A stretch of DNA of 64,000 nucleotides from Escherichia coli (GCF_030384885.1 NZ_CP128613.1), one strand, 5' to 3'. Numbered from the stretch's first letter, positions 28,894 to 40,819 are shown. Numbers and translations are program-made. The notes: generated from the sequence alone by a model not told the origin.

Positions 28894-30576
28894 ATGAAGT
28901 CTGCATTGAAGAAAAGTGTCGTAAGTACCTCGATATCTTTGATACTGGCATCTGGTATGGCTGCATTTACCGCTCATGCGGCAGATGATGTAAAGCTGAA
29001 AGCAACTAAAACAAACGTTGCTTTCTCAGACTTTACGCCGACTGAATACAGCACTAAAGGAAAGCCAAATATCATCGTACTGACCATGGATGATCTGGGT
29101 TATGGACAACTTCCTTTTGATAAGGGTTCTTTTGACCCAAAAACAATGGAAAATCGTGAAGTTGTCGATACCTACAAAATAGGGATAGATAAAGCCATTG
29201 AAGCTGCACAAAAATCAACGCCAACACTCCTTTCGTTAATGGATGAAGGTGTACGTTTTACTAACGGCTATGTGGCGCACGGGGTTTCCGGTCCCTCCCG
29301 CGCCGCAATAATGACCGGTCGAGCGCCCGCTCGTTTTGGTGTGTACTCCAATACTGATGCTCAGGATGGTATTCCGCTGACAGAAACTTTCTTGCCTGAA
29401 TTATTCCAGAATCATGGTTATTACACTGCAGCAGTAGGTAAATGGCACTTGTCAAAAATCAGTAATGTGCCAGTACCAGAAGATAAACAAACGCGTGACT
29501 ATCATGACAACTTCACCACATTTTCTGCGGAAGAATGGCAACCTCAAAACCGTGGTTTTGATTACTTTATGGGATTCCACGCTGCAGGAACGGCATATTA
29601 TAACTCCCCTTCTCTGTTCAAAAATCGTGAGCGCGTCCCCGCAAAAGGTTATATCAGCGATCAGTTAACCGATGAGGCAATTGGCGTTGTTGATCGTGCT
29701 AAAACACTTGATCAGCCTTTTATGCTTTACCTGGCTTATAATGCTCCGCACCTGCCAAACGACAACCCTGCACCAGAGCAATATCAGAAGCAATTTAATA
29801 CCGGTAGCCAAACAGCAGATAACTACTACGCTTCCGTTTATTCTGTTGATCAGGGCGTAAAACGCATTCTTGAACAACTAAAGAAAAACGGACAGTATGA
29901 CAATACAATAATTCTATTTACCTCCGACAATGGTGCAGTTATCGATGGTCCTCTGCCGCTGAACGGAGCGCAAAAAGGCTATAAGAGCCAGACTTATCCT
30001 GGCGGTACCCATACACCAATGTTTATGTGGTGGAAAGGAAAACTTCAGCCCGGTAATTATGACAAGCTGATTTCCGCAATGGATTTCTACCCGACAGCTC
30101 TTGATGCAGCCGATATCAGCATTCCAAAAGAGCTAAAATTGGATGGTGTTTCATTGCTGCCCTGGTTGCAAGATAAGAAACAAGGTGAGCCACATAAAAA
30201 TCTGACATGGATAACATCTTATTCTCACTGGTTTGATGAGGAAAATATTCCATTCTGGGATAATTACCACAAATTTGTCCGCCATCAGTCAGACGATTAC
30301 CCGCATAACCCCAACACCGAGGACTTAAGCCAATTCTCTTATACGGTGAGAAATAACGATTATTCGCTTGTCTATACAGTAGAAAATAATCAGTTAGGTC
30401 TATACAAACTGACGGATCTACAGCAAAAAGATAACCTTGCCGCCGCCAATCCGCAGGTCGTTAAAGAGATGCAAGGCGTGGTAAGAGAGTTTATCGACAA
30501 CAGCCAGCCACCGCTTAGCGAGGTAAATCAGGAGAAGTTTAACAATATCAAGAAAGCACTAAGCGAAGCGAAATAA
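28894..30576 (+). CDS. ydeN: Putative periplasmic sulfatase YdeN
   Basis: Start at ATG 28894 gives 560 aa with signal peptide MKSALKKSVVSTSISLILASGMAAF; sulfatase motif region (GVSGPSRAAIMTGR). Confidence 0.9.
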   Translation: MKSALKKSVVSTSISLILASGMAAFTAHAADDVKLKATKTNVAFSDFTPTEYSTKGKPNIIVLTMDDLGYGQLPFDKGSFDPKTMENREVVDTYKIGIDKAIEAAQKSTPTLLSLMDEGVRFTNGYVAHGVSGPSRAAIMTGRAPARFGVYSNTDAQDGIPLTETFLPELFQNHGYYTAAVGKWHLSKISNVPVPEDKQTRDYHDNFTTFSAEEWQPQNRGFDYFMGFHAAGTAYYNSPSLFKNRERVPAKGYISDQLTDEAIGVVDRAKTLDQPFMLYLAYNAPHLPNDNPAPEQYQKQFNTGSQTADNYYASVYSVDQGVKRILEQLKKNGQYDNTIILFTSDNGAVIDGPLPLNGAQKGYKSQTYPGGTHTPMFMWWKGKLQPGNYDKLISAMDFYPTALDAADISIPKELKLDGVSLLPWLQDKKQGEPHKNLTWITSYSHWFDEENIPFWDNYHKFVRHQSDDYPHNPNTEDLSQFSYTVRNNDYSLVYTVENNQLGLYKLTDLQQKDNLAAANPQVVKEMQGVVREFIDNSQPPLSEVNQEKFNNIKKALSEAK

Positions 30577-30588
30577 CTAAACCTTCAT

Positions 30589-30608
30589 GCGGCGGATTTT
30601 TCCGCCGC
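30589..30608 (+). terminator. Hairpin after ydeN (GCGGCGGA-TTTT-TCCGCCGC)
   Basis: 8-bp perfect stem directly after ydeN stop. Confidence 0.5.
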
Positions 30609-30627
30609 CTTATTGAGCGAGATAGCG

Positions 30628-31788
30628 ATGCACGTTACAGCCAAGCCCTCCAGTTTTCAATGTAATCTCAAATGTGATTACTGTTTTTACCTTGAAAAAG
30701 AGTCGCAGTTTACTCATGAAAAATGGATGGATGACAGCACTCTTAAAGAATTCATCAAACAATATATCGCAGCGTCTGGCAATCAGGTCTATTTTACCTG
30801 GCAAGGCGGTGAACCCACTCTGGCTGGTCTGGATTTTTTCCGTAAAGTTATTCACTATCAACAACGCTATGCAGGCCCAAAACGTATTTTTAATGCATTA
30901 CAAACGAATGGCATTTTACTGAATAATGAATGGTGTGCCTTTCTCAAAGAACATGAGTTTCTGGTTGGTATCTCGATCGATGGCCCCCAAGAATTACATG
31001 ACCGTTACAGACGCAGTAATTCGGGTAACGGAACTTTTGCAAAAGTGATAGCAGCCATCGAGCGTCTGAAATCATATCAAGTAGAGTTTAATACGTTAAC
31101 CGTCATTAATAACGTTAATGTCCATTACCCTCTTGAGGTTTATCATTTTTTAAAATCTATCGGCAGTAAACATATGCAATTTATCGAATTGCTCGAAACC
31201 GGGACGCCGAATATTGATTTCAGTGGTCATAGTGAGAACACATTCCGTATCATTGATTTTTCTGTGCCTCCTACGGCTTATGGCAAGTTTATGTCAACCA
31301 TTTTTATGCAATGGGTTAAAAACGATGTGGGTGAAATTTTCATCCGTCAGTTTGAAAGCTTTGTCAGCCGTTTTTTGGGGAATGGGCATACCAGTTGTAT
31401 TTTCCAGGAGTCCTGCAAGGATAATCTGGTTGTTGAAAGTAATGGAGACATTTACGAATGCGACCATTTTGTCTATCCACAGTACAAAATCGGAAACATT
31501 AATAAATCGGAACTCAAAACGATGAACAGTGTACAACTGACAGCGCAAAAAAAACGGATTTCAGCGAAATGTCAGCAATGTGTATATAAACCTATCTGCA
31601 ATGGTGGTTGCCCTAAACATCGTATTACTAAAGTAAACAATGAAACTGTATCCTATTTTTGCGAAGGTTATAAAATCCTTTTTTCAACCATGGTGCCTTA
31701 TATGAACGCCATGGTGGAGTTAGCTAAGAACAGAGTTCCGCTTTACCACATTATGGATGTTGCAAAACAAATGGAGAATAATAAATAA
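30628..31788 (+). CDS. ydeM: Radical-SAM anaerobic sulfatase-maturating enzyme homolog YdeM
   Basis: CxxxCxxC radical-SAM motif (CNLKCDYC) at N-terminus; start at ATG 30628 (MHVTAKPSS). Confidence 0.9.
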   Translation: MHVTAKPSSFQCNLKCDYCFYLEKESQFTHEKWMDDSTLKEFIKQYIAASGNQVYFTWQGGEPTLAGLDFFRKVIHYQQRYAGPKRIFNALQTNGILLNNEWCAFLKEHEFLVGISIDGPQELHDRYRRSNSGNGTFAKVIAAIERLKSYQVEFNTLTVINNVNVHYPLEVYHFLKSIGSKHMQFIELLETGTPNIDFSGHSENTFRIIDFSVPPTAYGKFMSTIFMQWVKNDVGEIFIRQFESFVSRFLGNGHTSCIFQESCKDNLVVESNGDIYECDHFVYPQYKIGNINKSELKTMNSVQLTAQKKRISAKCQQCVYKPICNGGCPKHRITKVNNETVSYFCEGYKILFSTMVPYMNAMVELAKNRVPLYHIMDVAKQMENNK

Positions 31789-32075
31789 CGCACTCTATTA
31801 GCTTCAGTCTTAGCCTCCTTCTTATGACCTTAACAAGGCACCCGACATAAATACCTGTCGGGTGTTTCGTCTTCATCATCTTCCTTTGCGAAAATCCTGG
31901 CTTACGAGGTATGCGTCAGGGCATTAGCAATACTCTTGATTATCAATAGCATAACCATAACCACTGAAAATGAAATATTTCTTTATATTTCATATTGTTA
32001 AATGATACTTAAATAAATTTCATCAGTAAATCATTGCCATAGATAATCATTGGATGGCACAATCAATTTCCGCTA

Positions 32076-33761
32076 ATGATAACCATTCCCATTACGTTTT
32101 GTATGTTGATAGCAAAGTATCTCTGTCTGCTGAAGCCCTTTTGGCTGCGTAAGAATAATAAAACTTCAGTGTTGTTAATCATTATTATCCTCGCCATGAT
32201 CCTTGGCGTGGTTAAAATTCAGGTCTGGTTAAACGACTGGAATAATGATTTTTTCAATGCGCTAAGCCAGAAAGAAACTGATAAGCTTTGGCAGCTTATC
32301 CTTTGGTTCCCTGCCCTGCTGGGGATCTTTGTATTAATATCCGTAAACAAAACGTGGCTAATTAAACTACTGACTATTCGCTGGCGCGAATGGTTAACGG
32401 ATTACTACCTTAATCGCTGGTTTGCAGATAAAAACTACTACTTCACGCAGATCTACGGCGAGCATAAAAATACAGATAACCCTGACCAACGTATCGCTGA
32501 AGACATTCTCTTACTGATCAGCAAAACGCTCAGCCTTTCATTTGGTTTCATCCAGTCACTGAGCATGCTGATCACCTTTACCGTTATTCTTTGGCAAAGC
32601 GCGGGTACGCTCTCATTCACTGTTGGTGAAACTGAATGGAGTATCCAGGGGTATATGGTCTATACCGTCGTGCTCATTGTGATCGGTGGAACTTTATTTA
32701 CCCATAAGGTTGGTAAACGTATTCGTCCACTTAATGTGGAAAAACAACGTAGCGAAGCGACATTTCGAACTAATCTTGTGCAGCATAATAAGCAGGCAGA
32801 ACTGATTGCGCTAAGCAATGCTGAGTCTCTACAACGCCAGGAGTTGAGCGAAAATTTTCATACCATTAAAGAGAACTGGCATCGTTTAATGAATCGTCAG
32901 CGGTGGCTTGATTACTGGCAGAATATTTATTCGCGCTCGCTTAGCGTTCTTCCCTACTTTCTGTTATTGCCGCAGTTTATTAGCGGACAGATCAATCTGG
33001 GCGGACTGATGAAATCACGCCAGGCATTTATGCTGGTATCGAACAATTTAAGCTGGTTTATTTATAAATATGATGAACTTGCTGAACTGGCTGCGGTTAT
33101 CGATCGCTTGTATGAGTTCCATCAACTCACCGAACAGCGCCCTACGAATAAGCCTAAAAATTGCCAACATGCGGTACAAGTGGCTGACGCGAGTATTCGT
33201 ACTCCTGATAATAAGATCATATTAGAGAACCTGAACTTTCATGTTTCGCCAGGCAAATGGCTATTGCTGAAAGGTTACTCTGGTGCGGGAAAAACCACAC
33301 TGCTTAAAACATTATCCCACTGCTGGCCGTGGTTTAAAGGTGATATTTCTTCTCCTGCTGACAGTTGGTATGTGTCACAAACACCGTTAATCAAAACCGG
33401 CTTACTGAAAGAGATTATTTGTAAAGCACTTCCCCTGTCCGTAGACGATAAATCGTTGAGCGAAGTACTGCATCAGGTTGGTCTGGGGAAATTGGCTGCG
33501 CGTATTCATGATCACGATCGCTGGGGAGATATTCTTTCCAGCGGCGAAAAACAACGTATCGCCCTGGCTCGATTAATTTTACGACGTCCGAAATGGATAT
33601 TTCTTGACGAAACTACCTCTCATCTTGAGGAACAAGAGGCTATCCGCTTACTGCGTTTAGTGCGAGAACAACTCCCCTCAAGCGGCGTCATTATGGTCAC
33701 ACATCAACCTGGTGTCTGGAGCCTGGCTGATGATATTTGCGACATTAGCGCGGTTTTATAA
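32076..33761 (+). CDS. yddA: ABC transporter (fused permease-ATPase) YddA
   Basis: 561 aa; Walker A GYSGAGKTT and ABC signature SSGEKQR in C-terminal half. Confidence 0.9.
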   Translation: MITIPITFCMLIAKYLCLLKPFWLRKNNKTSVLLIIIILAMILGVVKIQVWLNDWNNDFFNALSQKETDKLWQLILWFPALLGIFVLISVNKTWLIKLLTIRWREWLTDYYLNRWFADKNYYFTQIYGEHKNTDNPDQRIAEDILLLISKTLSLSFGFIQSLSMLITFTVILWQSAGTLSFTVGETEWSIQGYMVYTVVLIVIGGTLFTHKVGKRIRPLNVEKQRSEATFRTNLVQHNKQAELIALSNAESLQRQELSENFHTIKENWHRLMNRQRWLDYWQNIYSRSLSVLPYFLLLPQFISGQINLGGLMKSRQAFMLVSNNLSWFIYKYDELAELAAVIDRLYEFHQLTEQRPTNKPKNCQHAVQVADASIRTPDNKIILENLNFHVSPGKWLLLKGYSGAGKTTLLKTLSHCWPWFKGDISSPADSWYVSQTPLIKTGLLKEIICKALPLSVDDKSLSEVLHQVGLGKLAARIHDHDRWGDILSSGEKQRIALARLILRRPKWIFLDETTSHLEEQEAIRLLRLVREQLPSSGVIMVTHQPGVWSLADDICDISAVL

Positions 33762-33798
33762 AAACAATAAAAGCCCTGCTGTACGGAGATAAAAATAA

Positions 33799-36171
33799 AT
33801 GAAGCGAGTTCTTATTCCTGGCGTCATTTTATGTGGCGCTGATGTGGCGCAGGCTGTCGATGACAAAAATAAGTACATGCCTGTTTTTGAAGAGATGACG
33901 GTCCATGCGCCTGTCCCTGTGCCTGTAAACGGGAACACGCATTACACCAGTGAAAGTATAGAGCGCCTACCGACCGGGAATGGCAATATCAGCGATCTAC
34001 TGAAAACCAACCCCGCGGTGCGCATGGATACAACGCAAAGTACTTCGTTGAACCTGGGAGATATTCGCCCGGAGAAAATCTCTATTCACGGTGCATCGCC
34101 CTATCAGAATGCCTATCTGATTGACGGTATAAGTGCAACTAACAACTTGAACCCGGCGAATGAGTCCGATGCCAGTAGTGCAACCAATATTAGCGGGATG
34201 TCACAGGGGTATTATCTGGATGTCAGCTTACTGGACAATGTGACACTTTATGACAGTTTTGTGCCGGTTGAATTTGGCCGCTTCAATGGCGGGGTAATTG
34301 ACGCAAAGATCAAACGTTTCAATGCTGATGATAGTAGCGTGAAACTGGGTTATCGTACTACGCGGTCGGACTGGTTAACATCGCATCTCGATGAGAATAA
34401 CAAAAGCGCATTTAATCAAGGTTCTTCAGGAAGTACTTATTACTCTCCAGATTTTAAAAAGAACTTTTATACTTTGGCGTTTAATCAGGATCTCGCCGAT
34501 AACTTTGGCGTTACCGCCGGTTTATCCCGTCGCCAGTCTGATATTACCCGCGCGGATTATGTTTCGAATGACGGTATTGTCGCTGGTCGGGCACAGTATA
34601 AAAACGTTATCGATACTGCATTGAGCAAATTTACGTGGTTTGCCAGCGATCGTTTTACCCACGACTTAACCTTAAAATATACCGGCTCCAGTCGTGATTA
34701 TAATACCAGCACCTTCCCGGAGTCTGATCGCGAAATGGGTAATAAATCCTATGGTCTGGCATGGGATATGGATACGCAGTTCGCGTGGGCCAAACTGCGT
34801 ACCACGGTTGGTTGGGATCATATTAGTGATTATACCCGTCACGACCATGACATCTGGTTCACCGAACTTTCATGTACATATGGTGATATTTCAGGGCGTT
34901 GCACCCGTGGCGGATTAGGACACATTTCCCAGGCTGTAGATAATTACACCTTCAAAACACGCCTTGACTGGCAAAAATTCGCCGTGGGTAATGTTTCGCA
35001 TCAACCCTACTTCGGCGCGGAATACATCTATTCCGATGCATGGACTGAACGCCATAACCAGTCTGAATCCTATGTGATTAATGCTGCCGGAAAGAAAACT
35101 AACCATACCATTTACTATAAAGGTAAAGGCAGCCTGGGAATAGACAATTACACGCTGTATATGGCGGATCGCATTAACTGGCGTAATGTGTCGTTAATGC
35201 CCGGCGTGCGGTATGACTATGATAACTATCTGTCAAACCACAATATCTCCCCGCGCTTTATGACGGAATGGGATATTTTTGCTGATCAAACCTCAATGAT
35301 TACCGCAGGTTATAACCGTTACTATGGCGGGAATATTCTTGATATGGGATTACGTGATATCCGCAATAGCTGGACGGAATCGGTATCAGGCAATAAAACC
35401 CTGACGCGCTATCAGGATTTGAAAACGCCTTATAACGATGAACTGGCAATGGGATTGCAGCAAAAAATCGGTAAGAACGTTATTGCGCGCGCAAACTATG
35501 TTTACCGTGAAGCGCATGATCAAATCAGCAAAAGCAGTCGTACCGACAGCGCGACTAAAACCACCATTACTGAATATAACAACGACGGTAAAACCAAAAC
35601 GCATTCGTTCAACCTCAGTTTTGAACTGGCCGAACCCCTGCATATCAGCCAGGTAGATATTAACCCGCAAATTGTCTTTAGCTATATCAAGAGCAAGGGC
35701 AACTTGTCGTTAAACAATGGTTATGAGGAGAGCAATACCGGTGATAACCGGGTGGTTTATAACGGTAATCTGGTCTCTTACGATAGCGTTCCAGTGGCGG
35801 ATTTTAATAATCCACTAAAGATCTCCTTAAACATGGATTTCACGCATCAACCGAGCGGGTTGGTGTGGGCGAATACGCTGGCCTGGCAAGAAGCGCGTAA
35901 AGCTCGCATTATCCTGGGTAAGACGAATGCGCAATACATCAGCGAATATTCAGATTACAAGCAGTATGTTGACGAAAAACTGGATAGCAGCCTGACCTGG
36001 GACACCCGCTTGTCCTGGACGCCACAATTTCTGAAACAACAAAACCTGACGATCAGTGCCGATATTCTCAATGTACTGGATAGCAAAACCGCTGTTGATA
36101 CAACGAATACCGGCGTGGCGACCTACGCCAGTGGCCGTACTTTCTGGCTTGATGTCAGCATGAAATTTTAA
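33799..36171 (+). CDS. yddB: TonB-dependent-receptor-like outer membrane protein YddB
   Basis: 790 aa, signal peptide, C-terminal terminal F (…SMKF). Confidence 0.9.
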   Translation: MKRVLIPGVILCGADVAQAVDDKNKYMPVFEEMTVHAPVPVPVNGNTHYTSESIERLPTGNGNISDLLKTNPAVRMDTTQSTSLNLGDIRPEKISIHGASPYQNAYLIDGISATNNLNPANESDASSATNISGMSQGYYLDVSLLDNVTLYDSFVPVEFGRFNGGVIDAKIKRFNADDSSVKLGYRTTRSDWLTSHLDENNKSAFNQGSSGSTYYSPDFKKNFYTLAFNQDLADNFGVTAGLSRRQSDITRADYVSNDGIVAGRAQYKNVIDTALSKFTWFASDRFTHDLTLKYTGSSRDYNTSTFPESDREMGNKSYGLAWDMDTQFAWAKLRTTVGWDHISDYTRHDHDIWFTELSCTYGDISGRCTRGGLGHISQAVDNYTFKTRLDWQKFAVGNVSHQPYFGAEYIYSDAWTERHNQSESYVINAAGKKTNHTIYYKGKGSLGIDNYTLYMADRINWRNVSLMPGVRYDYDNYLSNHNISPRFMTEWDIFADQTSMITAGYNRYYGGNILDMGLRDIRNSWTESVSGNKTLTRYQDLKTPYNDELAMGLQQKIGKNVIARANYVYREAHDQISKSSRTDSATKTTITEYNNDGKTKTHSFNLSFELAEPLHISQVDINPQIVFSYIKSKGNLSLNNGYEESNTGDNRVVYNGNLVSYDSVPVADFNNPLKISLNMDFTHQPSGLVWANTLAWQEARKARIILGKTNAQYISEYSDYKQYVDEKLDSSLTWDTRLSWTPQFLKQQNLTISADILNVLDSKTAVDTTNTGVATYASGRTFWLDVSMKF

Positions 36172-36215
36172 TAGTTCGGATTTTACTTAACCGGGTAAAT
36201 TCGCCCGGTTTTCGC

Positions 36216-39011
36216 ATGGAGATAATTATGAGAAACCTCTGTTTCTTACTGACGTTAATGGCAACTCTGTTGCTCCCCGGGCGACTGATTGCCGCCGCCT
36301 TACCGCAGGATGAAAAGTTAATTACCGGGCAACTGGACAATGGCTTGCGATATATGATTTATCCGCATGCTCAACCTAAGGATCAGGTAAATTTATGGCT
36401 GCAAATTCATACCGGTTCATTGCAGGAAGAAGACAATGAGCGCGGCGTGGCTCATTTTGTAGAACATATGATGTTTAACGGCACAAAAACATGGCCGGGT
36501 AATAAAGTCATCGAAACATTTGAGTCAATGGGCCTGCGTTTTGGTCGCGATGTTAATGCCTATACCAGCTATGACGAAACGGTGTATCAGGTGAGTTTGC
36601 CGACTACGCAGAAACAAAATCTGCAACAAGTGATGGCAATCTTCAGTGAATGGAGTAATGCCGCAACCTTTGAAAAACTCGAAGTAGACGCTGAACGTGG
36701 CGTAATTACTGAGGAATGGCGTGCCCATCAGGATGCGAAATGGCGCACCTCTCAGGCGCGCCGCCCTTTCCTGCTGGCAAATACCCGTAATTTAGAGCGT
36801 GAACCTATCGGCCTGATGGATACTGTCGCCACGGTCACACCGGCACAATTGCGCCAATTTTATCAACGCTGGTATCAACCAAATAATATGACCTTTATCG
36901 TGGTCGGCGATATTGACAGTAAAGAAGCGCTGGCGCTGATTAAGGATAATTTAAGTAAGCTTCCGGCTAACAAAGCAGCTGAAAATCGCGTCTGGCCGAC
37001 AAAAGCCGAAAACCACCTGCGCTTTAATATCATTAATGATAAAGAAAACCGGGTGAACGGCATCGCACTCTATTATCGCCTGCCAATGGTGCAAGTGAGC
37101 GATGAGCAAAGCTTTATCGAACAAGCTGAATGGAGCATGTTGGTTCAGCTGTTCAATCAGCGTCTGCAGGAACGCATACAGTCGGGCGAGTTGAAGACTA
37201 TTTCTGGCGGCACTGCGCGCAGCGTTAGAATTGCACCCGATTATCAGTCGCTGTTTTTCCGTGTAAATGCACGAGACGATAATATGCAGGATGCTGCGAA
37301 TGCATTAATGGCAGAGTTGGCAACTATTGATCAGCATGGTTTTTCTGCTGAAGAACTCGATGATGTCAAATCTACCCGTCTCACCTGGCTGAAAAATGCG
37401 GTTGATCAGCAAGCTGAACGTGATTTACGTATGCTGACCAGTCGCCTGGCATCCAGCTCATTAAATAATACGCCGTTCTTGTCGCCGGAAGAGACATATC
37501 AACTTTCGAAACGTCTGTGGCAGCAAATTACCGTGCAAAGTCTGGCGGAAAAATGGCAGCAGCTAAGAAAGAACCAGGACGCATTTTGGGAGCAAATGGT
37601 GAATAACGAGGTTGCAGCCAACAAAGCATTATCTCCTGCGGCTATCCTGGCGCTGGAAAAAGAGTACGCCAACAAAAAGCTGGCAGCTTACATCTTCCCT
37701 GGCAGAAATTTATCGTTAACAGTAGACGCTGACCCACAGGCGGAAATTAGCAGTAAAGAAACACTGGCTGAGAATCTGACATCATTAACACTTTCTAATG
37801 GTGCCAGGGTTATTCTGGCAAAATCAGCGGGTGAAGAGCAAAAGCTACAAATTATTGCCGTATCTAATAAAGGTGATTTAAGTTTCCCTGCGCAGCAAAA
37901 ATCACTTATCGCGCTGGCAAATAAAGCGGTGAGTGGCAGCGGCGTTGGTGATCTCTCCTCTTCCAGCCTGAAACGCTGGAGTGCGGAAAACTCGGTAACC
38001 ATGAGCAGCAAAGTCAGTGGGCTGAATACGTTGCTCTCCGTGAGCGCGCGGGCTAATAATCCTGAACCTGGTTTCCAGTTGATTAACCAGCGAATCACTC
38101 ACAGCACGATTAATGACAATATTTGGGCATCGCTACAAAATGCTCAAATTCAGGCGTTGAAAACGCTAGACCAACGTCCAGCAGAGAAATTCGCCCAGCA
38201 GATGTATGAGAAGCGCTATGCTGATGATCGTACGAAATTACTGCAAGAAAAACAGATTGCACAATTTACTGCCGCAGACGCGCTGGCAGCCGATCGCCAG
38301 TTATTTTCATCTCCAGCGGATATCACGTTTGTCGTTGTCGGTAATGTCGCAGAAGACAAACTTCTGCCGTTAATTACGCGTTACTTAGGATCAATAAAAC
38401 ACTCTGATTCGCCATTAGCCGCAGGTAAACCATTAACTCGCGCGACGGACAACGCATCGATTACTGTAGAAGAACAAAATGAACCTGTGGCACAGGTTTC
38501 ACTGTGGAATCGTTATGATTCCCGGACACCTATTAATCTGGCGACACGTATGGCGCTGGATGCCTTTAACGTTGCCCTGGCTAAAGATCTGCGCATTAAT
38601 ATTCGTGAACAGGCATCTGGGGCATACAGCGTTTCTTCTCGCCTCTCGGTTGATCCTCAGGCCAAAGATATCACCCATTTGCTGGCTTTTACTTGTCAAC
38701 CAGAACGGCATGAAGAACTGTTAGCGTTAGCGAATGAAGTGATGGTTAAGCGTCTGGCTAAAGGGATCAGTAAGCAAGAACTGAACGAATACCAGCAAAA
38801 CGTTCAGCGCAGCCTCGATATCCAACAGCGTAGCGTTCAACAATTAGCGAACACCATTGTAAATAGTCTTATTCAATATGACGATCCTGCCACATGGACT
38901 GCGCAGGAGCAATTATTGAAACAAATGACGGTAGATAATGTTAACACTACGGTTAAACAATATCTTTCTCATCCGGTGAATACCTTTACCGGAGTATTAC
39001 TACCAAAATAA
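36216..39011 (+). CDS. pqqL: Periplasmic M16-family zinc peptidase PqqL
   Basis: 931 aa; HxxEH inverted zinc motif (HFVEHMMFNGT). Confidence 0.9.
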   Translation: MEIIMRNLCFLLTLMATLLLPGRLIAAALPQDEKLITGQLDNGLRYMIYPHAQPKDQVNLWLQIHTGSLQEEDNERGVAHFVEHMMFNGTKTWPGNKVIETFESMGLRFGRDVNAYTSYDETVYQVSLPTTQKQNLQQVMAIFSEWSNAATFEKLEVDAERGVITEEWRAHQDAKWRTSQARRPFLLANTRNLEREPIGLMDTVATVTPAQLRQFYQRWYQPNNMTFIVVGDIDSKEALALIKDNLSKLPANKAAENRVWPTKAENHLRFNIINDKENRVNGIALYYRLPMVQVSDEQSFIEQAEWSMLVQLFNQRLQERIQSGELKTISGGTARSVRIAPDYQSLFFRVNARDDNMQDAANALMAELATIDQHGFSAEELDDVKSTRLTWLKNAVDQQAERDLRMLTSRLASSSLNNTPFLSPEETYQLSKRLWQQITVQSLAEKWQQLRKNQDAFWEQMVNNEVAANKALSPAAILALEKEYANKKLAAYIFPGRNLSLTVDADPQAEISSKETLAENLTSLTLSNGARVILAKSAGEEQKLQIIAVSNKGDLSFPAQQKSLIALANKAVSGSGVGDLSSSSLKRWSAENSVTMSSKVSGLNTLLSVSARANNPEPGFQLINQRITHSTINDNIWASLQNAQIQALKTLDQRPAEKFAQQMYEKRYADDRTKLLQEKQIAQFTAADALAADRQLFSSPADITFVVVGNVAEDKLLPLITRYLGSIKHSDSPLAAGKPLTRATDNASITVEEQNEPVAQVSLWNRYDSRTPINLATRMALDAFNVALAKDLRINIREQASGAYSVSSRLSVDPQAKDITHLLAFTCQPERHEELLALANEVMVKRLAKGISKQELNEYQQNVQRSLDIQQRSVQQLANTIVNSLIQYDDPATWTAQEQLLKQMTVDNVNTTVKQYLSHPVNTFTGVLLPK

Positions 39012-39015
39012 TGAC

Positions 39016-39049
39016 GTCCCCCGTCAACATATCGTTGGCGGGGGTTTTA
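39016..39049 (+). terminator. Rho-independent terminator after pqqL
   Basis: GTCCCCCGTCAAC...GTTGGCGGGGG followed by TTTT. Confidence 0.7.
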
Positions 39050-39272
39050 GCAACAGACGTTATTTTATATAATAATTTTATGAATGCGTTCAAAATAACA
39101 ACCGAGTACTAATAATGATATTTTAAGGGCTAATTTTTATGTGATAATTCACCAGAGTTAGAAAGCGCGTCAAAATAATGACATACAACACCACACTACA
39201 ACCCATTACACCCTACACTATTGTTTTTTAACGTAAATATATTTTTCCCATAATATCTCACGATAAATAACA

Positions 39273-39292
39273 TTAGGATTTTGTTATTTAAA
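39273..39292 (+). promoter_or_regulatory. GAD box (GadE/GadX/GadW binding site) of the gadBC promoter
   Basis: Exact match to recalled 20-bp GAD box TTAGGATTTTGTTATTTAAA, about 80 bp upstream of gadB ATG. Confidence 0.85.
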
Positions 39293-39371
39293 CACAAGTC
39301 CTTTGCACTTGCTTACTTTATCGATAAATCCTACTTTTTTAATGCGATCCAATCATTTTAAGGAGTTTAAA

Positions 39372-40772
39372 ATGGATAAGAAGCAAGTAACGGATTTAAG
39401 GTCGGAATTACTCGATTCACGTTTTGGTGCGAAGTCTATTTCCACTATTGCAGAATCAAAACGATTTCCGCTGCACGAAATGCGCGATGATGTCGCATTC
39501 CAGATTATCAATGATGAGTTATATCTTGATGGCAACGCTCGTCAGAATCTGGCAACGTTCTGCCAGACCTGGGACGACGAAAATGTTCACAAGTTGATGG
39601 ATTTATCTATTAACAAAAACTGGATCGACAAAGAAGAATATCCGCAATCTGCAGCTATCGACCTGCGTTGCGTAAATATGGTTGCTGACTTGTGGCATGC
39701 GCCTGCGCCGAAAAATGGTCAGGCCGTTGGCACCAACACCATTGGCTCTTCCGAGGCCTGTATGCTCGGCGGGATGGCGATGAAATGGCGTTGGCGCAAG
39801 CGTATGGAAGCCGCAGGCAAGCCAACGGATAAACCTAATCTGGTGTGCGGCCCGGTACAAATCTGCTGGCATAAATTCGCCCGTTACTGGGATGTGGAGC
39901 TGCGTGAAATCCCTATGCGCCCCGGTCAGTTGTTTATGGACCCGAAACGCATGATTGAAGCCTGCGACGAAAACACTATCGGCGTGGTGCCGACTTTTGG
40001 CGTGACCTACACCGGTAACTATGAGTTCCCGCAACCGCTGCACGATGCGCTGGATAAATTCCAGGTCGACACCGGTATCGACATCGACATGCACATCGAC
40101 GCCGCCAGCGGTGGCTTCCTGGCACCGTTCGTCGCCCCGGATATCGTCTGGGACTTCCGCCTGCCGCGTGTGAAATCGATCAGTGCTTCAGGCCATAAAT
40201 TCGGTCTGGCTCCGCTGGGCTGCGGCTGGGTTATCTGGCGTGATGAAGAAGCGCTGCCGCAGGAACTGGTGTTCAACGTTGACTACCTCGGCGGTCAGAT
40301 TGGGACTTTCGCCATCAACTTTTCCCGCCCGGCGGGTCAGGTGATTGCACAATACTATGAATTCCTGCGCCTCGGTCGTGAAGGCTATACCAAAGTACAG
40401 AACGCTTCCTACCAGGTTGCCGCTTATCTGGCGGATGAAATCGCCAAACTGGGGCCGTATGAGTTCATCTGTACCGGTCGCCCGGACGAAGGCATCCCGG
40501 CGGTTTGCTTCAAACTGAAAGATGGTGAAGATCCGGGATACACCCTCTACGACCTCTCTGAACGTCTGCGCCTGCGCGGCTGGCAGGTTCCGGCCTTCAC
40601 TCTCGGCGGTGAAGCGACCGACATCGTGGTGATGCGCATTATGTGTCGTCGCGGCTTCGAAATGGACTTTGCTGAACTGTTGCTGGAAGACTACAAAGCC
40701 TCCCTGAAATATCTCAGCGATCACCCGAAACTGCAGGGTATTGCCCAGCAGAACAGCTTTAAACATACCTGA
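39372..40772 (+). CDS. gadB: Glutamate decarboxylase beta
   Basis: 466 aa from ATG 39372 ([21 protein letters not shown]...); matches recalled GadB throughout; AGGAG RBS. Confidence 0.95.
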   Translation: MDKKQVTDLRSELLDSRFGAKSISTIAESKRFPLHEMRDDVAFQIINDELYLDGNARQNLATFCQTWDDENVHKLMDLSINKNWIDKEEYPQSAAIDLRCVNMVADLWHAPAPKNGQAVGTNTIGSSEACMLGGMAMKWRWRKRMEAAGKPTDKPNLVCGPVQICWHKFARYWDVELREIPMRPGQLFMDPKRMIEACDENTIGVVPTFGVTYTGNYEFPQPLHDALDKFQVDTGIDIDMHIDAASGGFLAPFVAPDIVWDFRLPRVKSISASGHKFGLAPLGCGWVIWRDEEALPQELVFNVDYLGGQIGTFAINFSRPAGQVIAQYYEFLRLGREGYTKVQNASYQVAAYLADEIAKLGPYEFICTGRPDEGIPAVCFKLKDGEDPGYTLYDLSERLRLRGWQVPAFTLGGEATDIVVMRIMCRRGFEMDFAELLLEDYKASLKYLSDHPKLQGIAQQNSFKHT

Positions 40773-40792
40773 TAACGTTTAACGGTAACGGT

Positions 40793-40819
40793 GTCCCGAA
40801 ACGAATCCGTTTCGGGACA
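40793..40819 (+). terminator. Hairpin after gadB (TGTCCCGAAACG / CGTTTCGGGACA)
   Basis: 12-bp stem, 4-nt loop; weak T-tract. Confidence 0.5.

Noticed and set aside
40188-40766. 192-aa minus-strand ORF within gadB (and similar antisense ORFs 39603-40094, 41626-42115, 50602-51096, 57528-58197)
   Set aside because: All lie antisense to well-supported conserved genes; typical GC-rich antisense open frames without start signals.
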